NCBI GenBank assembly: GCA_016839515.1
Contig: JAEOUE010000217.1
Location: 1 to 21,068 of the forward strand
Direction: 5' to 3'
DNA length: 21,068 bases
DNA from: Candidatus Hodarchaeum mangrovi
GTDB taxonomy: Archaea > Asgardarchaeota > Heimdallarchaeia > Hodarchaeales > Hodarchaeaceae
In this document: in pieces, positions 1-7,618 of the stretch
Layout of the letters: each line of letters begins with the position of its first letter
Position numbering within the stretch: the first letter of the stretch is position 1
Program-made: the position numbers and the translations under genes
The notes under the pieces: generated by a model
The model's database searches: none
The model's input: only the letters and a program-made list of their open reading frames with translations
Told to the model about the DNA's origin: nothing

Positions 1-18
1 AAATCTTGACTATGGGTA

Positions 19-813
19 TTAATCAACAGAAACAACATTGGAACTACTGAAGAATGAGGTAATATTGATTAAACTCGTATCAGAGGTCCAAATAGCATAC
101 ACATTTGGTGAAGTCCAATTAGAGACAGAAAGTAGATAGTTTTGATCAATCATTAAATAGAAACAATCACAACATTTTTTACATATAGTCAGTGGTAATT
201 CAGGAATACGTTCTGATTCTCTTAGTTTATTCATAGAAAATTGACATAAACCAGCATCAATCTTAATCCCAGACCTCTTTAACTCAAGTAAAACTGGTTC
301 AAAGTCAAAATATAGCTGGGGACTAGGAAAACGAATAAGTACCTCCTTTTCAGCATTTGGTAACTCATGATAAATTTTTCGAATGATATATTTTCTTCCC
401 TTAATAATAAATGCCATAGCAATAGGTATTGACGATGTTGACTCAAATAAAGGAGTCAACCGAATATTAAGCTCTGAAATAGCAACCTTTTTTTTCTTGA
501 AATCATTTTCCACTTGCTCTAGAAGATTATGAAGACCTTCTACTAATGGTACAACAATATAATGCTTAGGTGAAGTGTTTAAAACCATTATTAAACCCAT
601 TTGTTCAAGTTCGTTTAATATAAAATAGATTCTTGAACTTTTCACTCCTGTTGCCTTACAAAGATCACTAGCAGTAGCTTCTTTTTTTTTCACTAGTTCA
701 AGATAGACTTGTGCTAGTGATTGTGAAAGACCTGCAGTTATTAATAAATTTACAACCTCCTCTGAGTTAAAATCTTCGTTTGAGAGTGAAATTTTAGATT
801 TAAGACCTGCGAT
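19..813 (-). CDS. TrmB-family transcriptional regulator (N-terminal wHTH plus C-terminal effector domain with a Cys cluster); probable non-canonical ATC start at 813
   Basis: The frame stays open upstream of the ORF-track GTG (693) and adds the TrmB first helix: GLSQSLAQVYLELV-KKKEATASDLCKATGVKSSRIYFILNELEQMGLI. The C-terminal half resembles the TrmB effector domain (IKGRKYI...AEKEV...YLMIDQNYLL). SD GGAGGA at 826-821. Start position is inferred. Confidence 0.85.
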   Translation of the reverse strand: MAGLKSKISLSNEDFNSEEVVNLLITAGLSQSLAQVYLELVKKKEATASDLCKATGVKSSRIYFILNELEQMGLIMVLNTSPKHYIVVPLVEGLHNLLEQVENDFKKKKVAISELNIRLTPLFESTSSIPIAMAFIIKGRKYIIRKIYHELPNAEKEVLIRFPSPQLYFDFEPVLLELKRSGIKIDAGLCQFSMNKLRESERIPELPLTICKKCCDCFYLMIDQNYLLSVSNWTSPNVYAIWTSDTSLINITSFFSSSNVVSVD

Positions 814-838
814 GGTTCTATCCTCCTTTTTTTAAATT

Positions 839-867
839 TACTACTAACTACTATTAGTAATTAGTAG
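839..867. promoter_or_regulatory. Candidate TrmB operator: TACT-ATT-AGTA (849-859) nested in a CTACTAA/TTAGTAG inverted repeat (841-847/861-867)
   Basis: Palindromes read directly from the sequence. The core matches the TACTNNNAGTA pseudopalindrome known for Thermococcales TrmB. It lies between the divergent trmB and thioredoxin genes. Confidence 0.6.
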
Positions 868-872
868 CTAAT

Positions 873-881
873 CTTTATAAG
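873..881. promoter_or_regulatory. Candidate archaeal TATA box CTTTATAAG, usable on either strand
   Basis: Matches the TTTAWAA consensus, lies in the divergent intergenic region next to the operator. Confidence 0.45.
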
Positions 882-922
882 TATTTTCATCTAATTGTTT
901 TACTGTTTGACTTATAGCGGAT

Positions 923-1528
923 ATGATTCATATGAATAAACAAGATTATTTTAACAAATTGTTTACAATTGGTATTTCTTATGAAAATTATTTTAATAAA
1001 ATTGATAAATATAAAGATAGGATGAATTCTAGTTTTTCAGCTGGTAAAAAAGCAGTAGAAAAGCTAACTCAAGAACAAATCGCACGATTGAATGAAAAAA
1101 TTCATGTACTTTGTATTGCAGAGAGTTGGTGCATTGATTGCGCAAATGGAGTACCACTAATTGCTTTACTAGCTGAGACAGTTACTAAGTGGGATTTTCG
1201 TATTGCTTCTCGTGATCAATTCAAAGAAGAATTTAGCATTTATTATTCAACTGCTGGAAGAATGAAAATCCCAGTAGTTATTTTTGCGGATGAAGACGGA
1301 GATGAAATTATACGTTGGGTTGAAAGGCCTATTCGCAGTTACCAACTATTGGGTCAATTACGTGATCAAAACCTATCAAAAGAGGAATTTATCCAAAAAT
1401 ATCATGATACACGAGAATTTGAACCCCCAGTTGTCTCACAAGCTATTCTAAACGAATTAATTTTTATAGCAGAAAAAGCTACTTCAATAGTTCATGTTAA
1501 CCCTCCTTCAAGAAAAAATTCTAGGTGA
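923..1528 (+). CDS. Thioredoxin-fold protein (Thioredoxin_9-like); start may be ATG 932
   Basis: AESWCIDC CxxC motif, cis-Pro loop KIPVVIF and WVERP, all typical of this family. Confidence 0.85.
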   Translation: MIHMNKQDYFNKLFTIGISYENYFNKIDKYKDRMNSSFSAGKKAVEKLTQEQIARLNEKIHVLCIAESWCIDCANGVPLIALLAETVTKWDFRIASRDQFKEEFSIYYSTAGRMKIPVVIFADEDGDEIIRWVERPIRSYQLLGQLRDQNLSKEEFIQKYHDTREFEPPVVSQAILNELIFIAEKATSIVHVNPPSRKNSR

Positions 1529-1574
1529 ATCTAACAAAAATACAGATGAAACTAGAAGTACTTTATTACTCCTT

Positions 1575-2426
1575 TTATTCTAAATTAAGTTCTATTGCAT
1601 CCGTTGGACATACTTCTAAGCAACGATTACAAAAATAACACTCCTGTTTCTTGCTAGTAACAGCTGCTTCTTGTGTAGGACAAATCCGCTCACAATCGCC
1701 ACATTCTATACAGTTCTCAGTTCGTATATATTTTGTCCCAGTAAAACGACTGCAAAACGCTGAACCCGCCCCAAAAGGGCAAAACAACCGACACCAAGGT
1801 CGATAAACAAAAATACTACTGATAACAACTCCTATCATTGCTATAAAGGGCACACTAAAGAATAATTTAAAGATTTTAGGAATATCCACAAACCCCATCA
1901 GTGGATTGATCAATGACAACAAAGAAATTCCTCCAATCCAAGCGAAAAGGATTAGAATTGCTAAAAAGAGCCAACGAATTTTTCCAGCTGGAGAAGTTTG
2001 AATGGTTAAAAAATGACTAACTTTTTCTTGATCCTTGACAGATCGCTTAAATTTAAAGGTAGAAATTAATTCCTGAAGTGCACCTAAAGGACAGAGATAA
2101 CCGCAAAAAATCCTGCCGATTAATAATGAAGAACCAAGTAAAAGTGAAAGAACTACCACGGCGGGTAAAAGATAACTTAAGTCACTTTTTTGACTTATAG
2201 TAATAAGAACCTGTTGAATTGGCATCACACTGTTGGGAATTCCTCCAAGTAAAAACCCACAAATTAATATGGTAATAAAACAAAAGATGGTGCTTACTCG
2301 GCGGGTCATCAATTTGGCTTCTATTAGAATGATACAAAAAAGGAATGCAACAATCCAGTAAAACAGCATTGGTACACTAAATATAACTCTAGAATCGAAC
2401 GGAAGCGCTTGGTCTTGAATTAACAT
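1575..2426 (-). CDS. Membrane-bound 4Fe-4S polyferredoxin, NapH/MauN/YccM-like
   Basis: Several TM helices; GRIFCGYLCPLGALQE and RPWCRLFCPFGA motifs; C-terminal CIECGDCERICP and CYFCNRCLEVCP ferredoxin motifs. Confidence 0.9.
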   Translation of the reverse strand: MLIQDQALPFDSRVIFSVPMLFYWIVAFLFCIILIEAKLMTRRVSTIFCFITILICGFLLGGIPNSVMPIQQVLITISQKSDLSYLLPAVVVLSLLLGSSLLIGRIFCGYLCPLGALQELISTFKFKRSVKDQEKVSHFLTIQTSPAGKIRWLFLAILILFAWIGGISLLSLINPLMGFVDIPKIFKLFFSVPFIAMIGVVISSIFVYRPWCRLFCPFGAGSAFCSRFTGTKYIRTENCIECGDCERICPTQEAAVTSKKQECYFCNRCLEVCPTDAIELNLE

Positions 2427-2495
2427 AGTTTTTCACTTATGAATAAAGGAAATATTCTAAAAAAGAAGGAGAAAGGACTCCCTGTATCATTATAA

Positions 2496-3305
2496 TCAGG
2501 GAATCGTTTCAGCTTTTTTAACTGCTTGAGAAACCAGACGATCCCATAATCGAGGCCAAAGGGGAATTATTAGTAAAACAGTAGATAACACGGGAGCCAT
2601 AAAGAACATAGAGAATTTTTCAAAACTCAACGAGGAAGCGGTTGCAAGAGGGTAACCTGCAGCTACTTCAAGGATAGCAGAGCCAAGAGCTAAGATACGA
2701 ACCCATTCTTTATCGGATCTCCTTAAAATACCGATTGTAACAATGCCAAAACCTATAGCAGCAATCCAATTGACCCGTTGTAATTCTTTAAAGATCGGCC
2801 AACCAACAGTTTCCATACGATTTGTACTAGCAATTCCATTCAAGAAACACATGACATAAGCGATCCCTGTAATGAGAGCAAAGATCACGGTAACCCATGG
2901 AAGACTCGCAACATATCGAGTAAGAAGAAGAAATATAATCAGATTAGGAAGAAAAATAATACCCCAAACAGGAACCAATCCCATTTGCATAGCAGGAATG
3001 GTAGGCCAAAATCCTGCTAATAGACAGAGTGTGTTACCAACTACCGCTAAAGAGATTGACCAGTCTTCATTAGTGAAAAAACCATAGGCAGCTAAAGTAA
3101 AACACACCCCACCAAGAATAGAGAGGTCAGAAATGATAGGAAGGAAGTCCCTGATGATTATTTCACATCCTTCTTCTCCAAGATTATTTAATTCTGCTAG
3201 AATATATTCCTCATATGTCAGATTAAATAACAGCATTGCGCCAAAAATTCCAAGTAAAGCTCCAATAACTGAAAGAGTAATACCTAATATTCGTTTTTGA
3301 TCCAT
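2496..3305 (-). CDS. Polytopic membrane protein of unknown function (~8 TM, internal duplication)
   Basis: Repeated hydrophobic helices. ATG 3305 (MDQKR) is preferred over 3383 because the extension overlaps the AT-rich divergent promoter region. Confidence 0.75.
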   Translation of the reverse strand: MDQKRILGITLSVIGALLGIFGAMLLFNLTYEEYILAELNNLGEEGCEIIIRDFLPIISDLSILGGVCFTLAAYGFFTNEDWSISLAVVGNTLCLLAGFWPTIPAMQMGLVPVWGIIFLPNLIIFLLLTRYVASLPWVTVIFALITGIAYVMCFLNGIASTNRMETVGWPIFKELQRVNWIAAIGFGIVTIGILRRSDKEWVRILALGSAILEVAAGYPLATASSLSFEKFSMFFMAPVLSTVLLIIPLWPRLWDRLVSQAVKKAETIP

Positions 3306-3427
3306 TTCAAAACAACTTCTAAATTCGAATTTCGTAGAGATTGGTTTGAATGAATATTTGGCTTGGGTTAAAAAATTTTTCATGGCAAATTTTTTTAACT
3401 AGAAGATAAAGCTACTAGTGATTCTTT

Positions 3428-4459
3428 ATGGAAGTTAATTATCGGGAATTTCTGGATTTAAAAGCGAGTCAACTGATTCTTCTTCATGCTATTATTGAGG
3501 AAGCCGCCTCCCCTCAAGAGATTGTTGATTATTTTGCCATAAATTTCCCTGAATTCTATTCAAAAGAAGCAGAAGAAGATTCTAAAGGCAAACCTTTAAA
3601 TAAAAGACAGATTTTTGCTATGCTTCGTTATTTAGGTACTAAAGAATTTATAATGCGTGATCGAAGTCAAAGGTGGATGATTACGCCTAAAGGGCGTGGA
3701 GCTCTAATCCAGAATGCATTCCTAACCTTCCGAAATGTAATGCAAACGATTACGAATTCTTATTTGACTGGTTTTCTTCCACCTACAACTCAAATTGGAG
3801 GAGATCTCCAGACATGTTTATCTATTGAACCTTTAAATTTTCCAGCTTTTCCCTCTCCTGTCACCAAGAGTCGTATTAGTCAATTGAAGCGAGGAGAACT
3901 ATATCTTGTTGATATAGGAAGTAAAGGGTTTAGTGACTCTCAAGAGAAAATCGAGAATCTCATTCATATGCAAAATCATCTTGACAGTTTATCTGCTGAA
4001 GTTAAAGTGCGTGTAGGAGATTATCAAGGTAAATTTCGTTTTTTTCAAGAGACTCAGGCATCAACAAATACTCAAGAGTTGACAGCTAACCTAGAATTAA
4101 TAGAAGAACTTGCTTCCGAAACCATTGATTCGTGTTTGGTACAATTTCTTTTTGCATTAGCTGATAATCCAAAAGGAATTCTGCAGGAAATCTATCGTGT
4201 TCTTAAACTTGGACAATTTGTGATCTTAGTTGACTACACCACGGATAAATCACTCTTCCAAATTTATCAAAGGACTCTATTCCAAAATCTTGAGGAAGTG
4301 GATCTCCCTCCAACCTATCAACAAATCTTAAAACCACAAAAAGAACGAACTAAAGAAATTATTCTCTCAATTATTAAACAAACATCTTTTAAGGTTGTTG
4401 AGGTTGTTGATATTCCCAATCTTCCTCGTTTTGTACTTAGAAAGACCCAAAATAATTAA
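3428..4459 (+). CDS. Winged-helix (PadR/ArsR-like) domain fused to a class I SAM-methyltransferase-like domain
   Basis: N-terminal LILLHAIIEEAASPQEI...WMITPKGRGAL wHTH pattern; C-terminal IDSCL...LQEIYRVLKLGQFVILVDY resembles the MTase motif III region. SD GTGAT 5 nt before ATG. Confidence 0.65.
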   Translation: MEVNYREFLDLKASQLILLHAIIEEAASPQEIVDYFAINFPEFYSKEAEEDSKGKPLNKRQIFAMLRYLGTKEFIMRDRSQRWMITPKGRGALIQNAFLTFRNVMQTITNSYLTGFLPPTTQIGGDLQTCLSIEPLNFPAFPSPVTKSRISQLKRGELYLVDIGSKGFSDSQEKIENLIHMQNHLDSLSAEVKVRVGDYQGKFRFFQETQASTNTQELTANLELIEELASETIDSCLVQFLFALADNPKGILQEIYRVLKLGQFVILVDYTTDKSLFQIYQRTLFQNLEEVDLPPTYQQILKPQKERTKEIILSIIKQTSFKVVEVVDIPNLPRFVLRKTQNN

Positions 4460-4470
4460 GAATAGAGTTC

Positions 4471-5094
4471 TTATTGATTAATACCTTCCATTAACATAAT
4501 CTTAACATCATCTAATTGATGCATTTTAATTATTTTATTGGTCTTGGTCCGAATTCCTGCAGTTATTTCTTCTTGCCAGGTTTTGAGTAATGAAATAATA
4601 GCACCTTGAGATTCTATTCGTTTTAAACCTATGCTATGTTCTATTATATTCCGAGAGAAAGTGATATCAGATAATAATACCACACGGTAATTATTATTTA
4701 AAAGATCAACGGCAGTCTGCATGATACAAACATCAGTTTCCAGTCCACAAAGAATTACGACCTTTTTTTGACATTCTTTAATTTCTTCTTGAATATCAGG
4801 TTGCCCCCAACAGGAGTAAATAAACTTATCAAAAATCTTTATTTTTTTATCTAATTCTACCATAAGTTCTTCATGAACTGTATCATTTTTTTGAATGTCC
4901 TCAGCTGTAACTACTATTGGGATATCTAAGACCTTAGCAACTCGTATTAGATGTTTTATCTTCTGAATAAATATTTCTTTTGTTTCTCCTATTAATCCAT
5001 TCAAAAAGCGTTCTTGAACATCAATGATCAATATGAGACAATCTTCTTTGTTAATTAATCCTATTGAGCGAGAAATCGGTTCTATAATCTCCAT
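4471..5094 (-). CDS. Isochorismatase-family cysteine hydrolase
   Basis: IIDVQERF, K-x-x-YSC and GLETDVC give the Asp-Lys-Cys triad. Alternative start at 5121. Confidence 0.9.
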   Translation of the reverse strand: MEIIEPISRSIGLINKEDCLILIIDVQERFLNGLIGETKEIFIQKIKHLIRVAKVLDIPIVVTAEDIQKNDTVHEELMVELDKKIKIFDKFIYSCWGQPDIQEEIKECQKKVVILCGLETDVCIMQTAVDLLNNNYRVVLLSDITFSRNIIEHSIGLKRIESQGAIISLLKTWQEEITAGIRTKTNKIIKMHQLDDVKIMLMEGINQ

Positions 5095-5203
5095 TTGAAT
5101 ATACCTTACTTCTATTTTCATCTTTCCTGCTTTTTTCCCAGCATTCTAATCCAAATATTATAAAAAGAAAAAAGAACCATTTAAATTAAGTCTTCCTAGC
5201 AAT

Positions 5204-6133
5204 CTATTTTAAGGGAAATTGTTTCATTCTTTTAATTAACATTTCCTTACCTGTTTTTACCATCCCTGGTAGATTATTTTTATATCCAAAGAATATGTAA
5301 GCTAAACCTGCCCGTCCATATAGGAATTTCATCCGATTCACGAAGCCAGTATTGATTTCATACTTATAATTCTTTAGAATAACTTTTAAAAAAGAATCTC
5401 CCTCGTTAAAGAATAATAAATCTGCTGCAGGGTCATAAATTCTTGTTTCTTCAAAATCAACTATACCAGAAATATGTTTTGTTTTAGGATCATACAGGAT
5501 ATTTGATATATCAAAATCACCATGAATAACCTTCGGTTCAAACTCAAAATTCTCCTCTTCATCTAGAAAAATAGTAAATAATTTAGCAATCCATCTCTTT
5601 TGGGATTTAGTCAATAAAGGAAAAATTTCATCTTGGGTTTTTTGATAAAATGTTTTCCATTCTTGTTTATATCCTTTTAAGGAAAAATTTTGATTTGGAA
5701 ATGACTTAGTTAATTCAGGTGAATGAAGTTGTGACAAAAATGAACTTATATCTAATGATAATTGCTTTAGTACTTCCTTCTTTAAAGATAGAAAGATCCG
5801 AGAGAGTGGAATTCCATCAAGCTTCTCATACCCCATATATGGAGAACTTGGATCATCAGAAACAAATTGGGGGGTGGGAATAGAAATATTTAAGTGTTTT
5901 TTGAGTAAAGTGAGGGTCTTGACCTCATTCCTAATTAACTGGACTCCAGAGTCATTCCTAAAATATTGGTCAGGAAAACGAAAAATAAAATCATTCTTTA
6001 CTTCAAACACATTGTAAGTTCCATGATAAAAGAAATGAATATCTTCCTCTTTTAAATTTGAGAATATTCTTTGTAAAACTTTTAAAACTTCTTTATTTGA
6101 AATATCTTGGGGATTTCTTTCTTCATAAAAAAT
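5204..6133 (-). CDS. Aminoglycoside phosphotransferase (APH)/choline kinase-like phosphotransferase; start uncertain (ATT 6133 proposed)
   Basis: FIFRFP, HGDFDISNIL (Brenner motif), GIVDFEE, DPAAD. The frame is open upstream of GTG 6010 to a TGA at 6142-6140 and adds the nucleotide-loop strands IHFFYHGTYNV. Confidence 0.85.
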   Translation of the reverse strand: MFYEERNPQDISNKEVLKVLQRIFSNLKEEDIHFFYHGTYNVFEVKNDFIFRFPDQYFRNDSGVQLIRNEVKTLTLLKKHLNISIPTPQFVSDDPSSPYMGYEKLDGIPLSRIFLSLKKEVLKQLSLDISSFLSQLHSPELTKSFPNQNFSLKGYKQEWKTFYQKTQDEIFPLLTKSQKRWIAKLFTIFLDEEENFEFEPKVIHGDFDISNILYDPKTKHISGIVDFEETRIYDPAADLLFFNEGDSFLKVILKNYKYEINTGFVNRMKFLYGRAGLAYIFFGYKNNLPGMVKTGKEMLIKRMKQFPLK

Positions 6134-6134
6134 T

Positions 6135-7148
6135 TTAGATCACCCTACTTAATTTTGAATCCCGACCAATTTTCATTTCAGGAATGTACTTGTATCGATA
6201 AGTGGGTTCATTATCTAAAATTTTTTCGATGCTTTCCAATTGATTTTTAGTTAATTTAACTCCTGATGCTTGCGCGTTTTGCTCAATGTGCTCTGTTTTT
6301 GTAGCACCAGTAATAACAGAAGAAATTTCTTCCTTGCTTAAGATCCAAGCTAATGCTAATTGGGGTAGTTTTAGTTCATATTCATCAGCAAGAGTTTTTA
6401 ATTGTCTTAGTTTTTCTACTTCAGAATTAGTTCTTAGTATTTTTTTCCTAGTTGTCATCATCGCACGACTATCTAAAGGTATACTCTCTAAGTATTTCCC
6501 TGTTAAAAATCCTTCAGCAAGAGGAGAAAATACAGTAATCCCAATCCCATGGTCTTTACATACATTGAACTCATGCAATTCAGGGTCACGATCTAGCATA
6601 TTATACATTGGTTGTTCCACAATTGGTGGTTGACAGTATAATTCTTTTGCTACCCATTGCGCTCGTTCTAATTGATAAGAAAGCCAACAAGAAGTACCCC
6701 AATAATGAATTAACCCTTGACTAATCAAATCATCCATAGTACTTACGGTTTCAGACAATGGAGTATAATAATCAAAACGATGACAATAATAAATATCTAA
6801 ATAATCTGTTTGTAATCGATCGAGGGTTCCCTCAATACTCTCCATGATATGTTTTCTGCTTAGTCCCCTGTCATTAATTTCCTCTGACATAGGATAAAAA
6901 ACTTTACTTGCTATAACTAGCTTCTTTCTTTCAATAGTTGCATCAGTTAAAACATTTCCTATTATTTTCTCCGATTTACCGTTTTCATATGCGTCTGCTG
7001 TGTCGAAGAAATTAATACCTAGCTCAATGGCTCGTACTATTAAAGAATTGGTTTGTACTTCATTTAGATCATAGCCAATTGTAAGCCAAGAACCCAATCC
7101 TACCTCACTTATTCGTAATCCTGATTTTCCAACTTGCCTATATTCCAT
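6135..7148 (-). CDS. Aldo/keto reductase (Kv-beta-like/Tas-YghZ group)
   Basis: GLGSWLTIG, FFDTADAY, ASKV, GLSRKHI, YYCHRFD (D-Y-K-H tetrad), SPLAEG. ATG 7148 (MEYR) is the likely start. Confidence 0.93.
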   Translation of the reverse strand: MEYRQVGKSGLRISEVGLGSWLTIGYDLNEVQTNSLIVRAIELGINFFDTADAYENGKSEKIIGNVLTDATIERKKLVIASKVFYPMSEEINDRGLSRKHIMESIEGTLDRLQTDYLDIYYCHRFDYYTPLSETVSTMDDLISQGLIHYWGTSCWLSYQLERAQWVAKELYCQPPIVEQPMYNMLDRDPELHEFNVCKDHGIGITVFSPLAEGFLTGKYLESIPLDSRAMMTTRKKILRTNSEVEKLRQLKTLADEYELKLPQLALAWILSKEEISSVITGATKTEHIEQNAQASGVKLTKNQLESIEKILDNEPTYRYKYIPEMKIGRDSKLSRVI

Positions 7149-7491
7149 TTTTATCGATTTCTCCAATTTTATCTGTTAAAGGATTCCATAAGAACTGGTG
7201 AAAATCAATTCGATCAAGAGAATCGAAAACAACTCCTTCACTTATTAAGAGCATTTTTTGTTCTTCGTATCCCCCTTCTTTGGGTAAAGAAATTCTTCGT
7301 TGACTATTAACAACTCTATGCCACGGAAGATTTTCTTTTTCAGTTGCTGAATGTAATAGCCAAGTTACTTGGCGTGCTCCTCTTGGATTTCCAGCTAAGG
7401 CGGCAATTTGACCATAAGTTGCCACTTTTCCCTTTGGAATGGATTTAATGATATTGATAACTTCATTAGAGAAGGTACTTCGTTTAGTCAT
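7138..7491 (-). CDS. atl: Alkyltransferase-like protein (ATL/YbaZ, MGMT family, non-catalytic)
   Basis: IPKGKVATYGQIAALAG, ARQV and PWHRVV, where Trp replaces the MGMT active-site Cys of PCHR. Confidence 0.92.
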   Translation of the reverse strand: MTKRSTFSNEVINIIKSIPKGKVATYGQIAALAGNPRGARQVTWLLHSATEKENLPWHRVVNSQRRISLPKEGGYEEQKMLLISEGVVFDSLDRIDFHQFLWNPLTDKIGEIDKNGI

Positions 7492-7534
7492 TCTGAAATT
7501 TCATCCATCATTTTAAATTTCTAAATATCGAATC

Positions 7535-7559
7535 AAAAAAACCATTTATTTCCAAATGG
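7535..7559 (-). terminator. Possible terminator of the rpiA-phnN-IMPase unit: hairpin CCATTT-N6-AAATGG followed by T7
   Basis: 6-bp stem (7559-7554/7547-7542) then 7 T on the minus strand, about 60 nt after the IMPase stop. Confidence 0.4.
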
Positions 7560-7618
7560 AAGATAGATAGTTTGTTTTTTTAATTTTTGAAGAAATTTGT
7601 TCTATTAGATATCTCATC

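Noticed and set aside
5204-6133. Bona fide aminoglycoside resistance gene on a mobile element
   Set aside because: Only family-level motifs are visible, the substrate is unknown, and there is no transposase, integron or obvious compositional shift.
6135-7148. AKR as a eukaryotic-signature Kv-beta channel subunit
   Set aside because: It retains the catalytic His (CHRFD) like the widespread prokaryotic members, and no channel gene is nearby.
7488-7511. Micro-ORF MMDEISE overlapping the ATL start (ATGA)
   Set aside because: Too short to support, and probably a by-product of the SD-like GGATGA sequence.
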